Shown here piece after piece: positions 1-9,410 of a DNA stretch of 64,000 nucleotides (its first letter is position 1; each line of letters opens with the position of its first letter). The notes below the pieces were generated by a model that saw only the letters and a list, made by a program, of their open reading frames with translations, had not been told where the DNA came from and did no database searches. A program made the translations under genes and the position numbers. The stretch comes from Chloroflexota bacterium (GTDB lineage Bacteria; Chloroflexota; UBA11872; VXOZ01), in NCBI GenBank assembly GCA_963663275.1, contig OY760183.1, positions 1,248,001-1,312,000 of the forward strand. Reading direction: 5' to 3'.

Positions 1-78
1 GTTCCGAACCGTTTCGCAAGACTTGGGTATGAGTCGCCACATAATCTCCCCTCACCCTAACCCTCTCCCCAGGGAGAG

Positions 79-226
79 GCTGACAGGGGTAGGCACGTGT
101 CATTCCGAGCGGAGCGCAGCGGAGAGAGGAATCTAAGGCTTTCGCTGCAAAAACGTCGGTTCTAGATTCCTCGCTCCGCTCGGAATGACACGTGAAGTCG
201 GATGTACAATGCCTACCCCTGTCAGC
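79..226. mobile_element. 148-bp MITE (GCTGACAGGGG family), copy 1, inserted in a CCCTCTCCC/GGGAGAGGG REP
   Basis: Perfect 17-bp TIR gctgacaggggtaggca/tgcctacccctgtcagc; 9-bp direct repeat cagggagag at 70-78 and 227-235; internal gtcattccgagc...ggaatgac palindrome. Confidence 0.85.
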
Positions 227-520
227 CAGGGAGAGGGGATAAGACGCGCGCTGGGCTTCGTCTGCTCCCCCTACAATTGCGCAAAGGACTTCCCAGTGGG
301 AGGGAACTTTACGCCTCTCAGCGGGGTTGCGCAAAGGTCTCCTGAGCGCCACCGCCCCCAGGGATACGGCCAAACCGAGAGAGCGCTCGCTCGCGGCGTG
401 CGGCGCTGCCGTCTTGCGTAAGGGGCGCAACCCGTCATCGCCACGGTTCATGTTTGCGCCGGCCGCCCGGCAGTAGCGCGGCACTTTTTCAATCCAGAAT
501 TACGCGGCCTTGTCTGGGCT

Positions 521-560
521 ACTCACGTAGGGGCACGACATGTCGTGCCCCTACGTGAGT
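521..560. repeat. GTAG-type REP family A (gtaggggcacgacatgtcgtgcccctac)
   Basis: Perfect palindrome; same core at 17555, 35037, 36948, 54763 and a variant at 49348. Confidence 0.9.
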
Positions 561-674
561 GCGGGCGTGCGCGCAAGGACGCCGCGCCGCCTCCCTACTT
601 GTGGCTGCGCCTACAGAGTACGTATCATAGGTACATGCGTTGAAAACCGCCAGAAAACGGAATTGAGGTCTGCC

Positions 675-1142
675 ATGCGCGTGATAACCCTGAAGCCCCA
701 GCCGCTTACGCCGGAGAGTTTTGCGCCTTTTGGAAGAATCCTGGATGCGGAGCGCACTGAGATCGTCTGCACGGACGGCGTGCTCACGGCGCGCATTACC
801 CACGCGCCGCTGCGCGACTTCGACGAACTGCGCCCGGACTTCCTCAACCGCCACATGGAAGAGACGCAAATCTTCGTGCCGCTGGGCGGGAAGGACGGCC
901 TCTTCTTCGTCGCGCCGCCCAGCGAGACGCCGGAGTCGTTCGATCCGGAAACGGCGGCGCTCTTCCACTTTCCGGGCGACCGCGCGATCCAGATGCACGT
1001 GGGCACCTGGCACGTGGCGCCGTTCGCCGTGACCGAGCCGATCGACTACATCAATATCCAGGGCGACCAGGTGCGCAATTACACCGATGGCTACGACTTC
1101 AAGGAGCGCGACAACCTGGTCTTTCAGTTCGATCTGGGCTAG
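675..1142 (+). CDS. Ureidoglycolate lyase (AllA) family cupin
   Basis: PLTPESFAPFG N-terminus, RH..ETQIFVPL and GTWH motifs; ATG at 675 after gagg. Confidence 0.8.
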   Translation: MRVITLKPQPLTPESFAPFGRILDAERTEIVCTDGVLTARITHAPLRDFDELRPDFLNRHMEETQIFVPLGGKDGLFFVAPPSETPESFDPETAALFHFPGDRAIQMHVGTWHVAPFAVTEPIDYINIQGDQVRNYTDGYDFKERDNLVFQFDLG

Positions 1143-1194
1143 GCCGGCGCGGAAACTGAGCCGTCATTACCGCGAAAGTGCGCAGCGCGCAATC

Positions 1195-1265
1195 CGTCAT
1201 TCCGGCGGAAGCCGGAATCCATCTCTGCGCATGCGCCCTGGATTCCGGCGAAAGCTGGAATGACA
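1195..1265. repeat. gtcattccggc..gccggaatcc / ggattccggc..ggaatgac palindromic repeat
   Basis: Inverted pair; same family at 25714-25784 and inside elements at 35086, 49943, 57395. Confidence 0.8.
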
Positions 1266-1358
1266 GAAACGAACGGGAACGACACCTCATGCCACCGTGC
1301 CCGCTCCTGACGCGCGGCGTGGAATGCATCCAGAGAATCGCATAGAAGAAAATCGCTC

Positions 1359-1952
1359 ATGACACGCACGGGACAGCACACGCGCCGCACCCACGAGACC
1401 GACGTGGCCGTGAAGATTACGCTGGACGGCAGCGGCAAGGCCGAGATCGCCACCGGCATCGGCATGTTGGACCACATGCTGCGCCAACTCAGCACGCACG
1501 GCCTCTTCGATCTGGACGTGCAAGCCAGCGGCGACCTGGAGGTGGACTCGCATCACACCGTGGAAGACGTGGCCATCTGCCTGGGGCGCGCGCTGGACGC
1601 GGCGCTGGGCGACAAGGCCGGCATCACCCGCATGGGCTGGGCGATCGTGCCGCTGGATGAAGCCTTGGCGTTGGTTTCCGTAGACCTGAGCGGGCGCGGG
1701 GCCGCTGCGGTGGACGTGCCGCTCACCGGCTATAAGCTGGGCGCGCTGCAAAGCGAGATGATTAGCCACTTTCTGGATACGTTCGCCGTGCAGGGGCATT
1801 TCACGCTCCACGCGCGCCTGCTGGCCGGCGCAAACGACCACCACAAGGCCGAGGCGGTCTTCAAAGCCCTCGCCCGCGCGCTGTCACAGGCCGTCCAGCC
1901 CGACCCCCGCCGCGGGCAGTCCGCGCCCAGCAGCAAGGGATCGCTGGAATAA
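1359..1952 (+). CDS. hisB: Imidazoleglycerol-phosphate dehydratase
   Basis: RRTHETD, DHML, DSHHTVED, PLDEAL, NDHHKAEAVFKA, PSSKG motifs. Confidence 0.97.
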   Translation: MTRTGQHTRRTHETDVAVKITLDGSGKAEIATGIGMLDHMLRQLSTHGLFDLDVQASGDLEVDSHHTVEDVAICLGRALDAALGDKAGITRMGWAIVPLDEALALVSVDLSGRGAAAVDVPLTGYKLGALQSEMISHFLDTFAVQGHFTLHARLLAGANDHHKAEAVFKALARALSQAVQPDPRRGQSAPSSKGSLE

Positions 1953-1986
1953 CCGGTTTGTGCGCGTCCTCATTGGAGGGGACGAG

Positions 1987-3054
1987 ATGATACGCAAGTT
2001 TTCCGCACGAAACTTCCGCTGTTTCCGAGATTTCGAGATTGAGCCGCTCGCGCGCGTCAACCTCATTGTGGGTGAAAGCAACGTTGGCAAGACGGCTTTG
2101 CTGGAAGGAGTCTTCATTCTTTGCGGGCCGAATAGTCCGGACTTTTCGTTCACAGTAAACTTCGTACGACGTGCTATTGACAGCGATGAGAGCTCATGGA
2201 AAGCGCTAGAGTGGCTCTTCCATGAGACGCAAACCGCTGCCCCTGCTGAACTCACGAGTGTCGATGTCCAGCAGGAAAAGCGCAGGTTACGCATTTGTCT
2301 GGATGAGCCCGCCGAACGTGCATTGGCTCCTGCTGGATCAGGCGGCAACTATCAAAGTCAGGCGAAGGGTAGCGCAGTATTGAAGAGGTTCAAGGAATTG
2401 GCTCTGACGTATACGGACCATGAGGGTAGGGAATTTCTTTCCCGCGCGGTCAAGACACCTGAAGGCATAAAAGCATCCTCGGCCAAAGTCGATGCTCGGC
2501 CCCCCGTTTGGTACGTACATACGCAAGGGCCACTCTCGGATGATCATGCCCGGTTCTTCAGTGACTTGGCAGAAGCAGGCAGGGAAAACGAACTCCTGTC
2601 GCCGCTCAAGGTGATTGATCCGCGCTTCAAGCGAATTGCACTTCTATATCCGACGGATGGGCCGATGCTATACGCCGACATCGGACTTGAAATCCTCGTG
2701 CCTTTGCCATACATGGGTAGCGGTGTCACAAATCTGCTCTCCTGGCTATTGGCAATTAAGGCGGCTGAGAACGGCACGGTGCTCATCGATGAATTTGAAA
2801 ACGGCTTGCACTACTCGGCCCTGGTTGACGTCTGGAAAGCAGTTTACGCGGCGGCACGGGATTCCAATGTGCAAGTTTTTGCCACGACGCATAGCTGGGA
2901 GTGCGTGATAGCGGCGCAGAACGCTTTTGCGGAGTGTGGTGATGATGAGTTCCGCCTGCACCGCCTGGAGCGCAGGGATGGTGAGGTGGTTGCGATTACG
3001 TATGACAGAGAGCAATTGGACGCTGCGATGAAATTCAATTTCGAGGTGCGTTAG
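1987..3054 (+). CDS. ABC-type AAA ATPase (AAA_15/AAA_21-like)
   Basis: NFRCF, Walker A GESNVGKT, signature MGSG, Walker B VLIDEFENGLH, H-loop ATTHS. Confidence 0.9.
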   Translation: MIRKFSARNFRCFRDFEIEPLARVNLIVGESNVGKTALLEGVFILCGPNSPDFSFTVNFVRRAIDSDESSWKALEWLFHETQTAAPAELTSVDVQQEKRRLRICLDEPAERALAPAGSGGNYQSQAKGSAVLKRFKELALTYTDHEGREFLSRAVKTPEGIKASSAKVDARPPVWYVHTQGPLSDDHARFFSDLAEAGRENELLSPLKVIDPRFKRIALLYPTDGPMLYADIGLEILVPLPYMGSGVTNLLSWLLAIKAAENGTVLIDEFENGLHYSALVDVWKAVYAAARDSNVQVFATTHSWECVIAAQNAFAECGDDEFRLHRLERRDGEVVAITYDREQLDAAMKFNFEVR

Positions 3055-3686
3055 TGGCCATATCGCGACAGGACAGCGAAAACCACGTGCAGATTGAAGC
3101 GCCCAAGATGCTCTTGGTAGAAGGGGACAGCGACCGCCGATTCTTCGAAGCTCTGCTTGGGAAACTCTCTACTACCGAAATCGTTCAAGTCGAACCTTAC
3201 GGAGGAAAGAGCGGACTCAGGCAATTCCTGCGCTTGCTGCAAGTCAGCCCAGACTACTCAAAGCTAGACTCAATCGGCGTCACACGCGACGCGGATTGTT
3301 CGTCGGCTTCCGCGTTTCAGTCGGTCCACGACTTGCTCACGAGCGCCGGGCTGGACGCGCCGGCTGAGCCGATTACGCCAACCCAGAGCAAGCCGCGTGT
3401 TTCGGTCTTTATCCTTCCCGATTGTGAGAGCCCCGGAATGCTTGAAACGCTCTGCCTTCGTGCCGTGCAGGGAGATCCGGCAATGGAGTGCGTGAAGCAG
3501 TATCTACGATGCCTTAAAGAGACAGCCGGTATGCCCCCAAAGAACCGTGATAAAGCGCGCGCTCACGCGTTCCTGGCATCCCGCGAACGGCCTGAGTTAC
3601 GTGTGGGCGAAGCGGCGGAGGCCGGTTACTGGCAATTGGATGCGCCGGTTTTCGCGCCGCTGCATAGCTTTCTGCTGGCGCTGTGA
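3054..3686 (+). CDS. TOPRIM-like DUF3226-type protein
   Basis: LLVEGDSD and GVTRDAD acidic motifs, FILPD..GMLETLCL; start overlaps ATPase stop. Confidence 0.75.
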   Translation: MAISRQDSENHVQIEAPKMLLVEGDSDRRFFEALLGKLSTTEIVQVEPYGGKSGLRQFLRLLQVSPDYSKLDSIGVTRDADCSSASAFQSVHDLLTSAGLDAPAEPITPTQSKPRVSVFILPDCESPGMLETLCLRAVQGDPAMECVKQYLRCLKETAGMPPKNRDKARAHAFLASRERPELRVGEAAEAGYWQLDAPVFAPLHSFLLAL

Positions 3687-3699
3687 CAGAGGCGTAGTC

Positions 3700-5016
3700 A
3701 TGAGTAGGGAGGAACATCCGGAGGCGGCACGTGACGTTCCTCGAGCCGCTGCAGCCGATGGCAGCGTTCAGCACGGGCGCGGGGAGTTTCCGGCGGGAAA
3801 GCCCGCCGTTCCTGACCCCTTGCCCAGCACGCTCTTGCCCCGCGAGTCGATGGCAAAACGCTGGTTGCGGCGCGGGGTGTTGCGGTTGCTGGGCTTCTTT
3901 CGCCCGTACCGTTTTCCCGCTTCTCGCATAGAGCGCATCTTGGTCATTCGCCCCGATCACATTGGCGACGTGCTGCTTGTCACGCCGGCGTTGCGTTTGT
4001 TGCGGCAGGCGTTTCCGGAGAGCGAGATTACGGCGCTGGTGGGTCCGTGGGCGGAAGCTGTATTGGAGAACAACCGGGACATAGACCGGCTCGAGACCTG
4101 CCGCTTTCCGGGCTTCGAGCGCGGCCGGCCGCGGGCCGGCCTGCGGGCGTATGCGCAATTGTGGGAAGAAGCCGGGCGCTTGCGCGGCGAAGAATACCAG
4201 CTTGCCCTCAATCTGCGCGATGACTTCTGGTGGGGCGCGGCGCTGGCGGCGTTCGGCGGCATTCCCTACGTGTGGGGTTTCGACACGCCGGAGTGCGCGC
4301 CGTTCCTGACCCACGCGCTGCCGCTGCGCCATGATGAACATCAGGCGGCGGCCAATCTGCGCGTGGCGCGGGCCGCGGCGGGCGTGGGCGAAGACGTTGG
4401 GGATGTCGGCACGCGCCTGCAATTCGAGTATACACGGGACGACGAGCAGCAAGCCGATGAACTTCTGCGGCGCGCCGGGGTACCTGCCACTGCCACGCTT
4501 GTCGCCATTCATCCCGGTTCCGGCGCGGCGGTCAAGAATTGGCCGGCCGCCGGCTGGCACGCCGTAGGGAACGCCCTGGCGGAAGACCCTAGCGTGTGTT
4601 TTGTCGTCACGTCCGGTCCTACGGAGCGGGAACTCGCCCAGGAAGTCGCCGCCGGTCTGCCGCAAGAGCGCACTCGCCTGGCCGGTGAAACCACGCTTGG
4701 CGTGTTGGCGGCGCTCTACGCCCGCTGCGCGCTGGTGCTGGGGCCGGACTCCGGCCCGCTGCACCTGGCGGTGGCGGTCGGCGCGCCGTCGGTAACGCTC
4801 TACGGCGCCAGCGATCCCGCGCGGTTTGGGCCGTGGGGGCCTGCCGAGAAACATCGAACCGTAGTCTCTTCGATTCCTTGCCGTCACTGCGGGTATCTGG
4901 CGTTGCCCGCTGCGGACCTGCCGCGCCACCCGTGCATGGCGTTCATCGAACCGGCTGCGGTAACGGCGGCGGCGCAAGAGTTGCTAGCGCGGCCGGTTGA
5001 AAGCGTGCCGCTGTGA
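3700..5016 (+). CDS. Glycosyltransferase family 9 (heptosyltransferase-like)
   Basis: ILVIRPDHIGDVLL, IHPGSG..KNWP, DSGPLHLAVA, C-terminal CxxC; start may be 3850. Confidence 0.9.
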   Translation: MSREEHPEAARDVPRAAAADGSVQHGRGEFPAGKPAVPDPLPSTLLPRESMAKRWLRRGVLRLLGFFRPYRFPASRIERILVIRPDHIGDVLLVTPALRLLRQAFPESEITALVGPWAEAVLENNRDIDRLETCRFPGFERGRPRAGLRAYAQLWEEAGRLRGEEYQLALNLRDDFWWGAALAAFGGIPYVWGFDTPECAPFLTHALPLRHDEHQAAANLRVARAAAGVGEDVGDVGTRLQFEYTRDDEQQADELLRRAGVPATATLVAIHPGSGAAVKNWPAAGWHAVGNALAEDPSVCFVVTSGPTERELAQEVAAGLPQERTRLAGETTLGVLAALYARCALVLGPDSGPLHLAVAVGAPSVTLYGASDPARFGPWGPAEKHRTVVSSIPCRHCGYLALPAADLPRHPCMAFIEPAAVTAAAQELLARPVESVPL

Positions 5017-6194
5017 GCGCGTCGCTGAAGCACGTTGCGCGCCGCACCGCCGGGGTGGCGCTGTGGCTGGCCTGCGCCGCCTTGGCCTTGGTTGCCCGAT
5101 TCCGGCACGGGAGCAAGCCCTATCAGCCGGAGAACGTCGAAAGAATCCTCATCATCCGGCTCGATCTCATCGGCGACCTCCTCTTCTCCATTCCGGCCAT
5201 CCGCAACACCCGGCGGCGGTTCCCAGATGCGCTGCTGGACGTGCTCGTTACGCCCAACACGGCGCCGCTGCTTGCGGAGTGCCCGTACGTTGACCGCGTT
5301 CATACCCTCGACGCGCATACGCTCACCCACTTCCCCGGCATTTTCTCTCCAAACCGGTGGCGGCAAGCCTGGCGGCTCATCCGCGCCTTGCGCGCGCGGC
5401 GTTACGACCTTTGCCTCAGCCTCTACGGCGCGCCCGCGGCAACTATCAGCCTGCTCAGCGGCGCGCCGCACCGGGCGGGATTTGCCGACGAAGCGCCGCC
5501 GGGTTCTTTCTCACTGAAGGTGGCGGGCAGCCGTTTGCCCCAAGACCGCCATGAGGCGCATTGCGCCCTGGCGGTGGCGCAGGCGGCGGGCGCTGCCACT
5601 ACGCCCGACCGCATGGAAGCCTGGGTGAGCGCGGCGGATCGCACCTGGGCGGAAGCGACGTTGCCTACGGCAAGCGGCGCGCTCTGGGTAGCCTGCGGAC
5701 ACGGCGCGCGCAACGGCTATGCCAAACGCTGGCCGCGGCGCCATTGGGTTGCGCTCATCGACCAACTCCATCAGGCTGGTTATCGCGCGGTGCTGGTCGG
5801 CGGGCCGGATGAAGCGGATGAGGCGGCGCGGATTGTCCAGGCTTGTAAGAAACCGCCGCTGGCGCTCACCGGCAAGACCACGCTGGGGCAACTGGCCGCC
5901 GTGCTCGCCCACTGCGCGCTCATGATCGGCAGCGACAGCGGGCCGCTGCACCTGGCCGCGGCCTTGGGCACGCGCGTCGTCGGCCTCTACGGGCCTACAA
6001 GCTGGGTGCGCTACGGGCCGTTCGGCCAACCCGACGGCGTGCGCCGGCATCCGATATTTTGCAGTCCGTGTTACCGCCCGGAAACCGGACAGCCGGCCAC
6101 GTGCCGTTACGGCACGGTGGAATGCATGGAGAAGCTTGAGCCGCGTCAGGTGTTGGCGGGCGTGCCGGCTGCAAAGGGGGATGCGGCACAGTAG
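5013..6194 (+). CDS. Glycosyltransferase family 9 (WaaF-like)
   Basis: ILIIRLDLIGD, AKRWP, DSGPLHLAAALG, YGPT, CSPC..C..C. Confidence 0.9.
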   Translation: MSASLKHVARRTAGVALWLACAALALVARFRHGSKPYQPENVERILIIRLDLIGDLLFSIPAIRNTRRRFPDALLDVLVTPNTAPLLAECPYVDRVHTLDAHTLTHFPGIFSPNRWRQAWRLIRALRARRYDLCLSLYGAPAATISLLSGAPHRAGFADEAPPGSFSLKVAGSRLPQDRHEAHCALAVAQAAGAATTPDRMEAWVSAADRTWAEATLPTASGALWVACGHGARNGYAKRWPRRHWVALIDQLHQAGYRAVLVGGPDEADEAARIVQACKKPPLALTGKTTLGQLAAVLAHCALMIGSDSGPLHLAAALGTRVVGLYGPTSWVRYGPFGQPDGVRRHPIFCSPCYRPETGQPATCRYGTVECMEKLEPRQVLAGVPAAKGDAAQ

Positions 6195-6420
6195 AATAGG
6201 TACGGGGCGTGCGCCCGGCGCGGAGCGCAGGTTTGAAACCTGTGCTACCGGAACGTAACGCCTGACGCTTTGGCATCTTGGCACGCAAGAGGGGCGCAAT
6301 TCCTGTAGCGCGGGGGCTCGTCCCCCGCCTCTTGGGGGTCGGAAACAGGCGGACATTCGCCCCAGCAAGACAGACAGTTGTGCAGTGAAAAGCAGCGAAC
6401 CATAAGGAGAGAACAGGATC

Positions 6421-7443
6421 ATGCGCGCAGCGGTTATGGGCATGAGGCACGGACACATCAGCGAGTTCGTGGGCGCCGTAGAGGACAACCCATCGATCAC
6501 GTTCGTCGGCATCGCGGAAGACGAGCCCACGGTTCGCGCCAGGATCGAAGCCGAGCACAGCGTGCCGGTCTACGCGGACTTCGACGAACTGCTTAACAAA
6601 GAGCGGCCGGACGTCGTTGGCGTGGCGCGCACGAACGCCACCAAGTACCTGGCGCTCACCGCCTGCCTGGAGCGCGGCGTGCACGTCATTGCCGACAAGC
6701 CGCTGCTCACGGAGATGGAGCAGCTAACGCAGGTGCGGGCGGCGCATAACCTGGGCAAGGCGCGCCTGGGCATGATGCTCAGCCAACGCTACTCCGCGCC
6801 GCACCGGGCCTTGAAAGCGCGGGTAGATGCGGGAGATTTCGGCGACATCGTGCACATGTACGGCTTCGGCCCCCACAAGTTGCGTCCGCACACCCGCAAT
6901 CCCTGGGAGCTTGACGCGGCGCAGAACGGCGGCGTGCTGGTGGACCTGGGCGTGCACTACTTCGATTCGCTGCGCTGGTTTTCCGGCCAGGAGCCGGTGC
7001 GCGTGGCCGCCGCGCAAGGCAACACGCGCTTCCCCGAACTGCCGCAACTCTACGACCACGCCCATGCGCTGCTGGATTTCGACGGCGGTATGAAAGGCAT
7101 CGTGGTCGCCGACTGGCTCACGCCCGACGCCGCGCCCTACCACGGCGATTACCGGCTTTACATCACCGGCACGCGCGGCACGGCGGAGATCGCCACCGCC
7201 GGCACCCTGGAGCCCTCCGGCCCCAATAAGCAGGGCGGCGTGCGTGCGGTGCTGAACGACAAGGAACCGTTCGACCTGGACATCCCGCCCCTGCAACACT
7301 CCCCCAGCAGCGACTTCCTCGACGCCTTGGTCAACGACCGCGACCCCTACGCCGGCGCGGAAGAGGTGCTCCGCTCCATGGCGGTGACGCTGCACGCCAA
7401 AGCCGCGGCGGAGTCGGGCGAGTGGGTGAGTATTCCGTCTTGA
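6421..7443 (+). CDS. Gfo/Idh/MocA oxidoreductase
   Basis: GVHVIADKP, GGVLVDLGVHYFD; aggag RBS. Confidence 0.9.
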   Translation: MRAAVMGMRHGHISEFVGAVEDNPSITFVGIAEDEPTVRARIEAEHSVPVYADFDELLNKERPDVVGVARTNATKYLALTACLERGVHVIADKPLLTEMEQLTQVRAAHNLGKARLGMMLSQRYSAPHRALKARVDAGDFGDIVHMYGFGPHKLRPHTRNPWELDAAQNGGVLVDLGVHYFDSLRWFSGQEPVRVAAAQGNTRFPELPQLYDHAHALLDFDGGMKGIVVADWLTPDAAPYHGDYRLYITGTRGTAEIATAGTLEPSGPNKQGGVRAVLNDKEPFDLDIPPLQHSPSSDFLDALVNDRDPYAGAEEVLRSMAVTLHAKAAAESGEWVSIPS

Positions 7444-7619
7444 CAAGTTCCTTTGGGCTTGCGCACAGGCCGCGCCAGGGAATGAGGTGGCGACAGGATT
7501 CTTGACTAGGACTTAGAACGCGGCGCAGCCGGAGTCTCATACCGCAGTCAGCGCAGCCGCCGTGTTATACGGATGACAGCGCAGCCGGTATGTCATTGCG
7601 AAACGAAACGCAGCCGCTG

Positions 7620-7722
7620 TGTCATTCCGAACGCAGCGCAGCGAAGTGAGGAATCTAGGAGCCTCAGCGTCGGAGACTTTTCCCGCGCGGGACACGAGAT
7701 TCCTCGCTCCGCTCGGAATGAC
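7620..7722. repeat. gtcattccga..gaggaatct / agattcctcgctccgctcggaatgac palindromic repeat
   Basis: Inverted pair; also at 99-189, 21183-21273, 55047-55135, half copy near 30532. Confidence 0.85.
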
Positions 7723-7818
7723 AGTTAGGACAAATATACAAGTGACAGTCAGGCCCAACTTGCAGGTGACAGTATGGACCAGAGTGCAAAGGACAGTAAG
7801 GTCCAATCTACAGGTGAC
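7718..7818 (+). repeat. Degenerate 24-bp tandem array (4+ units)
   Basis: Units start at 7718, 7742, 7766, 7790, 7814; consensus gtgacagtnaggnccaatntrcar. Confidence 0.75.
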
Positions 7819-7879
7819 GTGTAGAAGCCGACCCTGGGGTGAGAATTCAACAGAAAGCAGTCAATAGGGAGTCAAAGCC

Positions 7880-9025
7880 ATGCGCATTACCGCGGTAGAC
7901 ACGTTCATCATGTGGGGCGACCCGCGTAATTGGGTGTTTGTCAAGATTTCCACCGACGAGCCGGAGGTCTGTGGCTGGGGCGAGGCCACGTTGGAGGGCA
8001 AGGACGACACGGTGCGGGCGGCTATCGGGCAGCTTGGCGAGACCTTGATTGGTAAAGACCCGTTGGAGACCGAGCGCCTCTGGCAATCGCTCTACAAGGA
8101 CGGTTTCTGGAAAGGCGGGGTGGTCATCAACACGGCCATCGCCGGCATCGACCAGGCCCTGTGGGACATCAAGGGCAAGCATTACGGCGCGCCGGTCTAC
8201 CAGTTGCTCGGCGGGCCGGCCCGCGACCGCATCCGGCTCTATACCCACGTCGGCATCTACGAGGCCGACCGCATCGCGCGGGAGGCGGGGCAATTGCTGG
8301 CGGCCGGCTTCACCGCCCTGAAGACCGGCGCGTGGGCCACGGACGAGCCGATGGGCGACCATCGGGCCGCGGCGCTCCTGGGCGAACGCATCGCCATCCT
8401 GCGCCAGGCCGTGGGGCGGGACGTGGACCTGATGATCGATAACCACGGCAAGAGCCGTCCGGCCCAGGCCGTGCGCCAGTTGCACGCCGTCAAGGATAGC
8501 CGCATCACCTTCTTCGAGGAGCCGGTGCCGCCGGACAATATCGAGGCCTTTCGCCCCGTGCGCGAGACCGCCCGCGAACTGGGCATCGACCTGGCCACCG
8601 GCGAACGCTACTTCACCAAGTGGCAGTTCGCGCCCCTGCTGGCGGGCCAGTTCGTGGACGTGATCCAGCCGGACCTCTGCCACGCCGGCGGCATTACCGA
8701 GGTGAAGAAGATCGCCGCGCTGGCCGAGGTGCACCACGTGCTCGTGGCGCCGCATAATCCCATGGGACCGGTCTCCACCGCCGCCGCGGCCCATATCGGC
8801 ATGAGCGTTCCCAACTTCCACCTGCTGGAATACGTGCCCAGCCAACCCTACCGCGACCGGGTGGTCAAAGAGCCGTGGCAAATAAAGGACGGCTACCTCC
8901 ACGTGCCCGACACCCCAGGCCTGGGCGCAGACCTGGACGAAGCCGTCATCGCCAATAACCCACCCCGCAAATTCGCGTATTTCAAGAACCTCCGCGACGA
9001 CACCGGGGCGGTAATGGACATTTGA
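7880..9025 (+). CDS. Mandelate racemase subgroup enzyme, galactonate dehydratase-like
   Basis: GWGEATLEG, GIDQALWDIKGK, D.H, FFEEP, ATGER, QPDLCHAGGITE, PHNPMGP. Confidence 0.9.
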   Translation: MRITAVDTFIMWGDPRNWVFVKISTDEPEVCGWGEATLEGKDDTVRAAIGQLGETLIGKDPLETERLWQSLYKDGFWKGGVVINTAIAGIDQALWDIKGKHYGAPVYQLLGGPARDRIRLYTHVGIYEADRIAREAGQLLAAGFTALKTGAWATDEPMGDHRAAALLGERIAILRQAVGRDVDLMIDNHGKSRPAQAVRQLHAVKDSRITFFEEPVPPDNIEAFRPVRETARELGIDLATGERYFTKWQFAPLLAGQFVDVIQPDLCHAGGITEVKKIAALAEVHHVLVAPHNPMGPVSTAAAAHIGMSVPNFHLLEYVPSQPYRDRVVKEPWQIKDGYLHVPDTPGLGADLDEAVIANNPPRKFAYFKNLRDDTGAVMDI

Positions 9026-9410
9026 TAGCGGTAAGCCACTAACAACACTGCTAGAGGGGCACTCTTGCCTGCGCGCAGCAGTGCAGGCAGTTCAGGGCTC
9101 TCCCAGCAAACCCTACTTCTGCTGCAATTGAGCAACTATTGCGGGTCCGGGATCTGAATGAATCCCTTTAGCCCAAATTGGCCGTGCGAGCAATCGTCTT
9201 TGTGCGTCTGCGCTCCAAACCTCCTGAATGGTCAGAACCCCTTGTGAAGGAGTTAGCACAGTCTCATCTCTTGACTATTCCCTCTTGGCGCGCGGTCATC
9301 CAAACTATCCTTGCCCTTAAGGCCCAGATCAGAGGAACACACTTCGTCCCACTTTAAAGGTGTATACTACGGGACAAGTGAATAGTGCCGGAGTGAGGAC
9401 TGCAATTGTC

